Assembly: GCA_963809485.1 (NCBI GenBank)
Contig: CAWEJX010000020.1
Location: 800,001-864,000 of the forward strand
Source: an uncultured Acidobacteriota bacterium
Lineage (GTDB): Bacteria; Acidobacteriota; UBA6911
Length of the DNA: 64,000 nucleotides
Direction: 5' to 3'
Shown here: positions 29,072-38,939 of the stretch, piece by piece
Layout of the letters: each line of letters opens with the position of its first letter
Numbering within the stretch: the stretch's first letter is position 1
Program-made: the position numbers and the translations under genes
The notes under the pieces: generated by a model
What the model was told of the DNA's origin: nothing
What the model saw: the letters and a program-made list of their open reading frames with translations, nothing else
The model's database searches: none

Positions 29072-29474
29072 AGTCAGGGACCTCCGGTAAAGCCGGAGGC
29101 TTGAAAGATTTGAACCGCTCAAAGCGGTTGGACTAGTTACGCCGGTCTTGAACGCTGACTTACGCGGGCAAAAGCCGATGAGGCGCTTCCGATCCCCGCA
29201 GGGGCCAGCGCTCCGCGCTGAACAGTTTTCTGCGGCGGCACTGTGGCAAGCGCCGTGCGGCAAGGAGATGAAGGGTATGAGAAACCGGGCGTTTGCCACA
29301 GTGCCGCCGCAGAAAACTCCATCGGAAGCGCCTCATCGGCTTTTGCTCACCGACCCTCGCCGAACAAATCGGCGTTTGTCAGCGCTTTTATCAGCGTTTC
29401 TCAGCGTTTCAAAATACGGAGCTGTCAAACTCTTTGAGTCCCCCGGCAGAGCCGGGGGTTTACCAATGTAATTA
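29072..29474 (-). mobile_element. Non-autonomous IS200/IS605-like element, most complete copy (403 bp)
   Basis: Hairpins cctccggtaaagccggagg and cccccggcagagccggggg at the two ends; two nested perfect 26-bp inverted repeats inside; no transposase ORF. Confidence 0.8.
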
Positions 29475-29602
29475 TTGGGCTAAAGCCTTATAGGCGGACT
29501 TGCGGGACTTTGTGCCGTGTGGCGGAAGTAAAATCGGATTTCGCAGGAATGAGCTTTCATCTGTCTGCAAATCCGTTATCCGACATAGAGGATCTGAGAA
29601 TC

Positions 29603-31039
29603 CTACGGCTTGCGCTGCTTGAGAGCCGAGCGCAGTTTATCGGCAAGCGTCCCGAAGCCCTCAGCGGAAGACGGCTGACTTTCCGTCCACTCGCGCATCT
29701 CTTCAACCTCGCGCGCTTCCATCACCGCCCTTGCACTCAGGCGAATACGCCGTCCCGACGGATCTACTTCGAGCACGATGACCTCCACATCCGCCCCGAC
29801 AGGAAAGGCTCGCTGGATTTCGCTCTCCTTCGCCACGCCCGTTTCGCTTAGCGGGATGAGGCCCGTGCGACCGGGAGCCAGGAAGACAAACACGCCGAAT
29901 TTCTCATGCCGTTCGACCTTTCCAGTCAACCGCGCCCCGGGAGCGATGCCGGCTCGGATTCCTGCAGTTGCCTTGGCCGGCGCTGAGCCTTCCCCGATCA
30001 GGGCCACGCCGATCCGTTTCTGCTCGAGGTCGACGGATAGTATCTCAAATATACCCGTCATCCCGGGAACAACCTGGCTCGACCAGCCCCCTGATCCGGT
30101 GGGCGCGAATGTGGAAGCGTGGGCCAGCGCCTCGATTCCCGGAGCGAGTTCTACGAAGGCGCCGAACTCCGCAACACGCGTAATCCGGGCGGGCAGAGTC
30201 TGACCTGCCGTGTACATTTCTCCTGCTTTCGACCAGGGATCGGCGGACAGCTGCTTCAACCCGAGGGAGATCTTCTTCTTGTCCTCGTCCACGCGCAGAA
30301 CCTTGACGGTAATTTCCTCACCCGGCTTGACTATCTCCGAAGGGCTCGATACGCGAGACCATGACATTTCCGATACGTGCAGCAGACCCTGAATGCCTGC
30401 TCCCAGATCGACGAAGGCTCCGTAGTCGCGGACGGAAACGACGCGGCCGGGCAGGACAGCATCGGGAACGATCCTTTCGCGGACATCGGCCTCTTTTGCC
30501 TGCTGTTCCTCCTCGAGAAGCGCCCGCCTTGAGACAACGATGTTCGAGCCCCCATCCCTATACTCGATAATCCGGAATTGGTAGACATTCCCTTCGTGTG
30601 CCGAAGTGTCCGCCCCGCGGACAGCGATATGGGAAATCGGGCAGAACGCCCGACGACGCCCAAGCCGCACCTCGTAGCCACCCTTGACCGCCCGCTCAAC
30701 CTTGCCCTCCACCGGCAGGCCGCTGTGAAAAGCGTCCTCGAACTGCCGATCGTTCGCAGCAGCTCCCGCCAATCTTTGTGAGAGCGTCACACCGCCGGTC
30801 GTAGAAACCACCATCGCCTGAATGGAATCGCCAACAGCGACCTCGATCTGGCCTTCGGCGTTCTTCAGTTCATCGACATTGAGAACAGCCTCGCCCTTGC
30901 CTCCGACGTCGACCAAGGCTACCTCCTGGCCGATGGCAACGATCTTGCCCTCAACTATTTCACCCTTTTCGAGCTGCCTGGTTTGAAGCGATGCCTCGAA
31001 CATTGAGGCAAAGTCTTCTTCCTCCAGATCATCCACCAT
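29603..31039 (-). CDS. S1 RNA-binding multi-domain protein (30S ribosomal protein S1-like)
   Basis: About 5 S1 repeats (YGAFVDLGAGIQGLLHVSEMSW, FGAFVELAPGIEALAH, FGVFVFL); C-terminal GFGTLADKL. Confidence 0.88.
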   Translation of the reverse strand: MVDDLEEEDFASMFEASLQTRQLEKGEIVEGKIVAIGQEVALVDVGGKGEAVLNVDELKNAEGQIEVAVGDSIQAMVVSTTGGVTLSQRLAGAAANDRQFEDAFHSGLPVEGKVERAVKGGYEVRLGRRRAFCPISHIAVRGADTSAHEGNVYQFRIIEYRDGGSNIVVSRRALLEEEQQAKEADVRERIVPDAVLPGRVVSVRDYGAFVDLGAGIQGLLHVSEMSWSRVSSPSEIVKPGEEITVKVLRVDEDKKKISLGLKQLSADPWSKAGEMYTAGQTLPARITRVAEFGAFVELAPGIEALAHASTFAPTGSGGWSSQVVPGMTGIFEILSVDLEQKRIGVALIGEGSAPAKATAGIRAGIAPGARLTGKVERHEKFGVFVFLAPGRTGLIPLSETGVAKESEIQRAFPVGADVEVIVLEVDPSGRRIRLSARAVMEAREVEEMREWTESQPSSAEGFGTLADKLRSALKQRKP

Positions 31040-31181
31040 ACGTTCCTCCGACCATCGGTTTTTGCCCGCCGGCAGTCCCGCGTCGGCGCATCAGCGAACC
31101 GAAGAGCACTGATTGTACCAACCGGATCCAGCCATAGGAAGATGCACGCGGACGGAATTATAAAAAAACCAAAGAATAGGG

Positions 31182-31210
31182 TTGACCGGAGCCGTCCGGA
31201 TCCGTAGAAT
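31182..31210 (+). promoter_or_regulatory. Sigma70-type promoter TTGACC-N17-TAGAAT
   Basis: Near-consensus boxes with 17 nt spacer upstream of the small ORF at 31258. Confidence 0.65.
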
Positions 31211-31257
31211 TCACAGTTTTTATGTCCAGGCACTCATAGAAAAGGAGGAAGCTTTTA

Positions 31258-31437
31258 ATGGCGGAAAAAATCTCCAAAACGGCGCGAGCGAGTCTTCTCG
31301 ATAAGGGAGAAACGCACGCGCATGCATGCCCGCAGTGCGGCACCTCGATGGTGGCCACCAAGGTCATCAAATATCGGGATATGCCGGGCGGGATGTACTG
31401 GATCTGCCCTAAAGACGATCAGCGCATTAAGATCTAA
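31258..31437 (+). CDS. 59-aa zinc-ribbon-like small protein (below the ORF-track cutoff)
   Basis: AAGGAGG RBS; MAEKISKTARASLLDKGETHAHACPQCGTSMVATKVIKYRDMPGGMYWICPKDDQRIKI*. Confidence 0.75.
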   Translation: MAEKISKTARASLLDKGETHAHACPQCGTSMVATKVIKYRDMPGGMYWICPKDDQRIKI

Positions 31438-31503
31438 CTGTGTACCGCGGACGGATTTTCCCGAATCCGTCCGCTTCCATTCCGCTTCGCGACCGCAGCA
31501 TTT

Positions 31504-34500
31504 TCAATCGCCATTTTCGATGCTCGAGTCCCGAATCATAGATATCGCCTCGCCTGTCCGCGCCAGCAGCAGGAATGCAGAGCTGACTTTTACGGATAGA
31601 GCGCTCAAAGCTTCCAGGTATTCCCGGATCTGACGGGCATACTTCTCTCGAAAATAGCTCCCGGCATCCGCGCCATCGCTCCGAACCCAGTCGGTCTTGT
31701 AATCCACGAGCACCCATCCACCCGTTTCCCTGAAAAGCAGGTCGATTTTCCCTTCCTCAATCCCGGAAGGGCTTAATGGACGCACGAATGGAGCCTCCCG
31801 CAAAACCTGCCACCCTGAACGGATAGCGATGCATGCCCGTTCCATCAACGCGGATGACAGTGTTGTGCGCATCATGAACTCCAGATCCCGAACACCCGCC
31901 GGATCCAGATTATGCCGAACGCCCGTGGCCTCGGCGAATTCGGCCAGGCCATCCGGGCTCAGCAGATTTACCCGTTCCATGGCTTCGTGAAACGCCACAC
32001 CCAGGCGGATTGCGCGGCTTGCGGCTGCCTCGCGGGGATCTCCCGCCATCGAACTGTCTTCGCCGGCGGACTCTTCATTCACGGCTGCCTGCGGGCCCTC
32101 AGCCGAAGGTGCAGCCTTGAGCAATTCATGCAAGGCCGCGTATTCCTGAACGGCGAGTTCGCGCCAGTCCTTCGTGACCTGCGAGGCGGCTGCCTGGGGC
32201 GGGACGGCGGCATCCAGGCTGTCCACATCCACCCATCGGGCCAGGCCGTAATCGCCGGAAAGCCATTGCGCCAGAGAGGGGCCCAACGGCTTGAGGCGAG
32301 TGGCCTCGGCATCAGGGATCCACCGGTCATTTTCGTCGTCCTTTTTCCAGCGCTGCGTGTGTGTGGAAAGCACCAGGTGATCCCGGGCGCGCGTCAGTCC
32401 TACATACAGGAGGCGCACCAATTCCGCATCCTCCCGCTTTTTGTCCGCTTCGGACAATCGGTCCCATCCCGGCGTCCGCAGTCCCGATTCCTTTGATCCG
32501 ATGCTGAGTCCGAAGACTCCTTGGTCGTGAAAGTCGGCCAGCAGGCTTCTGGAGCGGTTCTTCCTTTTGGCCCCGAGGGACGCGACGAAAACTATCTGGA
32601 AATCGAGCCCCTTCGCCTTATGGATGGACAGGATGCGGACGGCATCGCTCCTCTCCTCCATGAGCCGGCTTTCACTTTCGGCAAGGCCCTCCTCATCCAT
32701 CATGCCCAGCAGATCCACTACCTGAGAAAAGGTCGCCTCGCCCTGAAGCGCGCGCAGCGTGCGCGCAAGCTTGTTCAGATTTGCCAGGGACTGAAATCCG
32801 CGCGCAGATAAAACCTCCCGCGCCCCCGTTTTCTGAAGCAGGATCTCGAGGCTCTCCGAGGCGCGCCTTTCATGACGGTGCCGGTGAAGATCAAGCAGGA
32901 CGTCAAAAGGGTAATGAAGCGGGGACTGTTCCGGCACCTGTTCGCGATAGTCCAACGCCAAGTTCTCGATTCGGGCTCTCAATAAATCCTCATCTGACAA
33001 TCCGAAGAAAATCGATCGCAGAGCGCCATAAAGCGCGATGCTGTCGTTAGGATTCGCCACCGCGCGCAAAACCGTTATGGCGGAGGAAACCTCGCTGCGG
33101 GCATAGTAAAACTTGCCTCCCTCCAAGACATACGGGATATCCAAATCGCGCAGAGCCTCTTCGAGTATGTTCGCATGGCTGAGAACCGGAAGCAGGATTG
33201 CGATATCCCCATACCGGGGCGGCCTCCAGGAAATGCCCTCGCCGCCGGCGTCCTGAACTTGCCAGGATTCGGAACCACGCATGCGAAGGATCAGCCTGGC
33301 AATCCTTGATGCTTCGGTCGTCAGGAAGTCGCGAACCGTCCGGCTTGAATCATCTCCCTCCCGCTCCCCAAGGAGGTGGACCGAGGGCAGGGACAGTTCC
33401 TCCAGCCGGCCTCCTGAATTTCCAAAAGGAAGATAGTCGGGCTGATACAGACCGTCGGAGGGAGGCTGCATTACGCCGCTGAAGACAGAGTCCACGAAAC
33501 GGAGGATGGAGGGAACCGACCGGAAATTCGTCGTCAGTTGCAGCTTTTCCAGTCCGAGAGACTTCATGTTTCCGGGATCGACAATTCCGAGATAGGTTTC
33601 GATGTCCGCATTACGGAAGCGATAGATGGACTGCTTGGGATCCCCAACAATAAAAAGCTTACCTGGGGCCGGCCGGAGCCGGGGGATATCCCATTCCATG
33701 GGATCGGCGGATGAAAGCAGCCGGACGATATCCCACTGGATGGAATCCGTGTCCTGGAACTCATCAACCAGAAAGGCTTTGTAGCGCGCCTGGAATTCGC
33801 CCCGCACAGCTCGGTTTTGAGCGAGGAGGTCGCGTGCCAGCCACAATTGATCGTCGAAATCGAGGATGGCGCCGGCGCGCTTTCCTCTTTCCCACTCCGG
33901 CAAAAAATCATCCGTCAACCATCGGATCCCTTCATGCAAAATCCGCTGCACAGGCAGGTTTTGATAGCAAATGTGGAAGTCCACAACCTCGCGAATGAAG
34001 ACCCGCACGCTCTGAACGGTATCCTTGCCTCCCTTCCAGTTTGCCGCAGATCCCGCATTGCCCGGCTTTGAGGGTCGAACGGTTTCTCCTGCCGGATTTT
34101 CCAACCAGTCCAAGGCCCTTTCCAAATACTCGATCAAGCGGTCTTCAGACTTGAGGATTCTGCTCCGGAAATCGCGGCCTTGTCGGAGCAAAGCCCGAAT
34201 CTGCTCCTCGATCTGCTCGTCGGTCGGCGGGGAATCGCAATGCAGCCCCCGCACGGCACTTATATTCAGCCGCAGGGTTCCGGCGAGTTCCTGAAGGCTT
34301 TGCAGGCTGAATCCGTTCCGCAGCGTCCGCTCCAGCACGGGATTGCGTTCCGCCAGAGCCCGGCCAATCCAGGACTCCCAGACCTCCCGGAAAAGCAGTT
34401 CGCTCCGTACCTCATCCAACGCGGAAAAATGCGGATCAAGACCCGCCTCGACAGGCCTCTCCTTGAGCAGTGAAACCGCGAAAGAGTGGAACGTGGATAT

Positions 34501-34905
34501 CGACGCCGTCTCAAGGTCCCTTAAGGCTTCGCGCGCCCGCGCCTCAAAAACCTCGAAGCCGTTGCCCTTTGCATCCTTTGTCGAACGACTCGGCTGCCCT
34601 GGAGTGCAAAACGAAGGAACCGATTCTCCCGAGATGATTTCTTCAAAGTGCCGCCTGAGCCGCACCTTCATCTCGCCCGCTGCCTTTTCCGTGAAAGTGA
34701 TGGCGCAGATTTGGGAGAGACGCAGCGGTTCTCCCGACGGACCCTGCAAGAGAACCAGATAAAGAATCCTCGACAGCAGAGTGCTGGTTTTGCCGGTTCC
34801 CGCAGAGGCCTCCACCACTAAAGAATGGCGGGTGTCTTCTATGGCCCTGCGCCGTTGAGTTCGGTCGTCGCCGGCCTGCTGGGCTTTGGGATCTCCGGAC
34901 ATCAC
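31504..34905 (-). CDS. addA: UvrD-type helicase/PD-(D/E)xK nuclease, AddA-like
   Basis: ASAGTGKT, ITFTEKAA, VDEFQDT, VGDPKQSIYRFR, SIHKAKGL, LYVGLTRA, GKIDLL..VDYKT. Confidence 0.9.
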   Translation of the reverse strand: MMSGDPKAQQAGDDRTQRRRAIEDTRHSLVVEASAGTGKTSTLLSRILYLVLLQGPSGEPLRLSQICAITFTEKAAGEMKVRLRRHFEEIISGESVPSFCTPGQPSRSTKDAKGNGFEVFEARAREALRDLETASISTFHSFAVSLLKERPVEAGLDPHFSALDEVRSELLFREVWESWIGRALAERNPVLERTLRNGFSLQSLQELAGTLRLNISAVRGLHCDSPPTDEQIEEQIRALLRQGRDFRSRILKSEDRLIEYLERALDWLENPAGETVRPSKPGNAGSAANWKGGKDTVQSVRVFIREVVDFHICYQNLPVQRILHEGIRWLTDDFLPEWERGKRAGAILDFDDQLWLARDLLAQNRAVRGEFQARYKAFLVDEFQDTDSIQWDIVRLLSSADPMEWDIPRLRPAPGKLFIVGDPKQSIYRFRNADIETYLGIVDPGNMKSLGLEKLQLTTNFRSVPSILRFVDSVFSGVMQPPSDGLYQPDYLPFGNSGGRLEELSLPSVHLLGEREGDDSSRTVRDFLTTEASRIARLILRMRGSESWQVQDAGGEGISWRPPRYGDIAILLPVLSHANILEEALRDLDIPYVLEGGKFYYARSEVSSAITVLRAVANPNDSIALYGALRSIFFGLSDEDLLRARIENLALDYREQVPEQSPLHYPFDVLLDLHRHRHERRASESLEILLQKTGAREVLSARGFQSLANLNKLARTLRALQGEATFSQVVDLLGMMDEEGLAESESRLMEERSDAVRILSIHKAKGLDFQIVFVASLGAKRKNRSRSLLADFHDQGVFGLSIGSKESGLRTPGWDRLSEADKKREDAELVRLLYVGLTRARDHLVLSTHTQRWKKDDENDRWIPDAEATRLKPLGPSLAQWLSGDYGLARWVDVDSLDAAVPPQAAASQVTKDWRELAVQEYAALHELLKAAPSAEGPQAAVNEESAGEDSSMAGDPREAAASRAIRLGVAFHEAMERVNLLSPDGLAEFAEATGVRHNLDPAGVRDLEFMMRTTLSSALMERACIAIRSGWQVLREAPFVRPLSPSGIEEGKIDLLFRETGGWVLVDYKTDWVRSDGADAGSYFREKYARQIREYLEALSALSVKVSSAFLLLARTGEAISMIRDSSIENGD

Positions 34906-37900
34906 AGGGGGGCCTCCAAAATCTGAAGGAACTTGAGAACGGCCTCGTCGTTCGCCTTGCGCTCTTCACGCTGCACGCGATCCTTTCCGCAGACCGTGAG
35001 AAAGTCGCAGTATTCGCAATGGCCCGAGGGACGAACCGTGCCCCTGGTCCTGGCAAAAAAAACGCCACTCTCGATCCCGTCGCCTACAATAGACAGGATG
35101 CCCGGCAAGGTCCCGGATGCCGTGCTCAGTTGCTCAGCGGTGAAAAGACACGGTACCGTCCGCCCGTCTTTGGGCTGAAGGTGCAGATATTCACCTTCCA
35201 CCCGTTCAATATTTTCGAAGCCCTGCATGACTGAAAGGGCGCCCCGGTAAACCGCAATCTGGATCTTCTCGCCCGACATTAGCAGCGGCCGCGAGGCTTT
35301 AGCCATCGAGTCGGGCAGTGTACCGGTTTTGTAATCGACCACACGGGCCCGCTTGCCATCCGGGGACAAATCCACACGATCGATTCTGCCGCGGAATTCA
35401 AAGGTGTGCTTGCCGGCTTTCAGCCGGAACGTAGGGTAACGCTCTTGCGGGCCGAATTCCCCGAATGGTCTTTCCAATTCGGTTACAGGCAAAGGCTCTC
35501 CGGGTCTGTTTTTTTCAAACGCCAGCCATTGCCGGAGCATTCGCAGAAGACCTTCGCGCTCGATTTCCCACAGTAGATCCGGAATTCCTGCCGGCCTTGC
35601 TTTTTCCAATTTTTCAGAAGCGATCCTCTCGAGGGCATTCCAGAGCATTTCCTCAGATTCAGCCTGAAATTTCACGCCGAGGAAATCCTTGAGAAAGCTT
35701 TCGAGGATCGAGTGAACGGCAAGCCCCCTATCCAGGGGATCCATCGCATCCGCCCGCTCCTGTTCCTCCCACGGCTCCAGATCCACAACACGTTTCAGGA
35801 AAAAGAAATAGGGACACTTGGCGTATTCCTCCAGGCGGCTTGCGGAGACTTCGCCGGCAGCTGATCCCATCTTCTGCGCCACCCATTGAATGAGTGCGTT
35901 ATCCGCAAGGCGGCCGTCGTATTCTGTCAATTTCCTATTCCAACGCGCATGATCGTAGGCCATAGACCGTCTCAACCGATGGGGCTCCAGTTGAGCCAGC
36001 GCCTCAAGCACATTTTGCGCCGTTTGGCGATCCGAAGACACCATCCGGAGCCTGATCTCGCTTTCGTCCACCGCAATTTCATCTTGGGGGGGAGCCGGAT
36101 TATCAAGACTCACGGATCGAAACCCGGGTATATTGCCCAGGCTCAGCTCACGCATCGAAATGATGCCGCCCCGAAGTGCCGCTGCCGCCCGCATAAAAAA
36201 CTGCGAGGGAATGCGCTCACGATCGGAGCTTTCGTCGAGGCGGGAGGTCATGAGCACCAATCGTTTGCAGGCGGAGCGCGCAGCCATATCAAACAGCAGT
36301 TTTTCCTCATCCACGCGCCTGGATTTGATCGGGAGCTTCTGCATCCACGAGCGCTCAGAATCCAGCAGCAGCGGATCCTGGCGCAATTTCGCCGGGAACC
36401 GGCCTTCATCCAGTCCGGGGATAATGACCAGCGGAAACCTGAGGCCTCGGGCGGCGCTTGTCGAGAGCAGGTTAACGCCGCTGCGCTGGAAACGGCCTGC
36501 CGGGCGAGTGAGGGATGCCATCGATTGCCGCAAAGCCGCCCTCAGCCGGTCCGCAGATACCGGTTCGTCTGTCAGGGCGATTGTTGCCGAATCCCGAATC
36601 CCGAATCCCGAATCTCGAATCAGGCCGAGTGCCTCGAGGCCGGATATTTCATCCAGAACCGAGGAAAAAAGTGGCCAGTCGTCCGTTTCCCCCAATAATG
36701 GCTCGAGATGCTGCTCGAGAAAATGCGCCCAAACCTTCCAGGGCAGCGATGCGGGCCAGTCCGCAGCGGCCTGGCGCAGGATTCGCCAACCTTCCCGCAG
36801 GGACTTTGCAGCCTCCAGACGTTTTTCGGCAATCCGGACCGACATCAAACCGTACTCGGAATCCTCGTTCTGCCGGGTTTCCGGCGCGCTGTTTTCCGCT
36901 TTCCAAAGATCCCTGCGTGCTTGCCCGATAATCGATTCCACCCCTTCATCCCAGGACTGAAGGCCGGCGATAAACTGAGGCCCGTTGGTAAGAACCCTCC
37001 AGCTCTGCACATCCCAAGCTATGCTCGAAGTTTCAGGCTGAGCCGCCGCCACAAGCTCCATAGCGGCAAGGACCGCTTCGCGCGAAAAGCCGGCGGATTG
37101 CATGCCGATCAGCGCAAGGACTGCTTTGCTTAGAGGACGATCGGCAAGGCTGGCACCGCCCTGCAAAAAATATGGAATCCCGCGCAGCCGAAGCATTTCC
37201 GTCAGGATGGGGACATCATTTTCAGGCTGGCGAAGAATCACCGCGGCTTCATGGAATCCCCGGATCGTCCCGTCTCCTATCGCGCGGAAAATTTCCCTGA
37301 TAACTTCAACAGCCGCGCGCGATTCTCCGGGCGCGGAGACCAGGGCAACGGATTTGTCCTGGGCAGGATTGGCTTCCATTCCGGATTCCCGGGCATCGGC
37401 AAGTCCGAATCCCCGGGCGGCCAGGCAGCCCAGGCTGTCGGCCTTCGGCTCGATCTCGACGGGCACGGGATCCACGCCAAGCTCCCGGACGCGCTCTTCA
37501 AGAAAAGGTCCGGCAAAATCCGAAACCGTTTCGTGTACGAATGGAATGAAATAGATCATCTCGAGGCCGTGCTTCAAAGCGGCCAGGAGGCTGGACTGCT
37601 GTCCGGTGACATCATAGATTCCATAAACAAGCAGCTGCCTTGATCCCAGCAGCGTTCGGGCGTCCGGAGCGCTGCGGATGGCCGATCGAAAATCATCGGC
37701 CACGTCATGGAAGTGACTCGTGAAATCCCGGAACCTGCGGTAAAGGTCCGCCAGCGCCTGAAGATTTTCGCTGCGGTCGGGATTTCTGTTTTTTTGTTGA
37801 ATGGCTGTTTCCAGGTCGCCCGGGCTGATTTCCGCATCACGCAGATCCCTGAAAGTCTCCAGCAGGGCATCCCGAAATCCGGCATAAGCAGAGATGGGGG

Positions 37901-38219
37901 CAAATACCGAAGGGGGATTTGATGCGAGAATCCCTTCAAGGATGACCGAGGCGCCAAGGTGCGGCAGATGCGGTTTCCCCGGGGAACGTCCGGGTCCGTT
38001 CGAAAGAAGCGCGGCCAGATCCAGGAATGTGTGAAAGCGGATGTTTGCGGCAATTCGTCCATTCCGCACAATGCGGCGCTTCAGATAGGATGCGAGGATA
38101 TTGGAGCCGACCAGAACGTTGATCTCCTTCAGGGGATCATCTTGCTTGAGCGCGGAGACTATCTGGCTCCAGCGCAGCTCAAGCGCCGCGAACGAACCCG
38201 TATAAATTGAATGGCCCAT
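34902..38219 (-). CDS. addB: AddB-like PD-(D/E)xK nuclease subunit with Fe-S cysteines
   Basis: SASRLEEYAKCPY, RGRIDRVD..VVDYKTG, CEYCDFLTVC; overlaps the addA start. Confidence 0.87.
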   Translation of the reverse strand: MGHSIYTGSFAALELRWSQIVSALKQDDPLKEINVLVGSNILASYLKRRIVRNGRIAANIRFHTFLDLAALLSNGPGRSPGKPHLPHLGASVILEGILASNPPSVFAPISAYAGFRDALLETFRDLRDAEISPGDLETAIQQKNRNPDRSENLQALADLYRRFRDFTSHFHDVADDFRSAIRSAPDARTLLGSRQLLVYGIYDVTGQQSSLLAALKHGLEMIYFIPFVHETVSDFAGPFLEERVRELGVDPVPVEIEPKADSLGCLAARGFGLADARESGMEANPAQDKSVALVSAPGESRAAVEVIREIFRAIGDGTIRGFHEAAVILRQPENDVPILTEMLRLRGIPYFLQGGASLADRPLSKAVLALIGMQSAGFSREAVLAAMELVAAAQPETSSIAWDVQSWRVLTNGPQFIAGLQSWDEGVESIIGQARRDLWKAENSAPETRQNEDSEYGLMSVRIAEKRLEAAKSLREGWRILRQAAADWPASLPWKVWAHFLEQHLEPLLGETDDWPLFSSVLDEISGLEALGLIRDSGFGIRDSATIALTDEPVSADRLRAALRQSMASLTRPAGRFQRSGVNLLSTSAARGLRFPLVIIPGLDEGRFPAKLRQDPLLLDSERSWMQKLPIKSRRVDEEKLLFDMAARSACKRLVLMTSRLDESSDRERIPSQFFMRAAAALRGGIISMRELSLGNIPGFRSVSLDNPAPPQDEIAVDESEIRLRMVSSDRQTAQNVLEALAQLEPHRLRRSMAYDHARWNRKLTEYDGRLADNALIQWVAQKMGSAAGEVSASRLEEYAKCPYFFFLKRVVDLEPWEEQERADAMDPLDRGLAVHSILESFLKDFLGVKFQAESEEMLWNALERIASEKLEKARPAGIPDLLWEIEREGLLRMLRQWLAFEKNRPGEPLPVTELERPFGEFGPQERYPTFRLKAGKHTFEFRGRIDRVDLSPDGKRARVVDYKTGTLPDSMAKASRPLLMSGEKIQIAVYRGALSVMQGFENIERVEGEYLHLQPKDGRTVPCLFTAEQLSTASGTLPGILSIVGDGIESGVFFARTRGTVRPSGHCEYCDFLTVCGKDRVQREERKANDEAVLKFLQILEAPL

Positions 38220-38393
38220 GATTATACCGTCTTGGGGCAGACATGCTGCGCAGACTCAAGAATATGAGGGCAGCTTCTCTTGCGGTCACTATAGATTCAA
38301 AAATCCAGCCGTTGCGATGCGCCCGAATGCCCTGGCTTTTTCAGGGACTGAGAGCCGCTCCAAGCGGGACGCCTCTCAATCTCGAATTTCGAA

Positions 38394-38939
38394 TCATTTT
38401 GGGATAGAAAGCCCGTACTGGTAGCCGCGTTCGAAGGCTTTCAGGTTCATATCCTCCGTTCCCGGGGGCACGGAGGCCTTCACCGCTTCCCGGGCAGCCT
38501 CGTGATTTACGACGCGGGTCACGGCGGTAAAAAAGCCCACCATGACGATGTTCAGGATCATTTTGCGTCCCAGCTCCTCGGCCAGGCGTGTCGCCGGAAT
38601 GCCGTAAAGCTTCATGCCGGGCTGGAGCCCGCTGGGCTTAACGAGATCCTCTTCAATAATAAGGGTTGCGTCATCGGTCGTTTCCGGCAGGAACTTATTG
38701 CAGGCTTCCTGCGACATGACGAGGAGTATTTCGGGCTTCGTGACATAGGGGTACAGGATCGTTTTATCGGAAACGATCACCTGTGCGCTGCAGGCGCTTC
38801 CGCGCGCCTCGGGCCCAAAGCTCTGCGTCAGGGTTGCAAACTTGCCGTTATATATGCTGGCGGCGCGCCCGATGATGATGCCCGCCAGTATGACTCCCTG
38901 GCCGCCGAATCCTCCGAACTTGATCTCCATCGCGCTCAT
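38394..38939 (-). CDS. korC: 2-oxoacid:ferredoxin oxidoreductase gamma subunit
   Basis: GFGGQGVILAG, SFGPEARGS, NIVMVG. Confidence 0.9.
   Translation of the reverse strand: MSAMEIKFGGFGGQGVILAGIIIGRAASIYNGKFATLTQSFGPEARGSACSAQVIVSDKTILYPYVTKPEILLVMSQEACNKFLPETTDDATLIIEEDLVKPSGLQPGMKLYGIPATRLAEELGRKMILNIVMVGFFTAVTRVVNHEAAREAVKASVPPGTEDMNLKAFERGYQYGLSIPK

Noticed and set aside
34545-34630. Possible repeat-derived insertion in AddA (SVPSFCTPGQPSRSTKDAKGNG)
   Set aside because: Looks like an inserted loop, but only two weak cctttg units are visible; cannot be supported without an alignment
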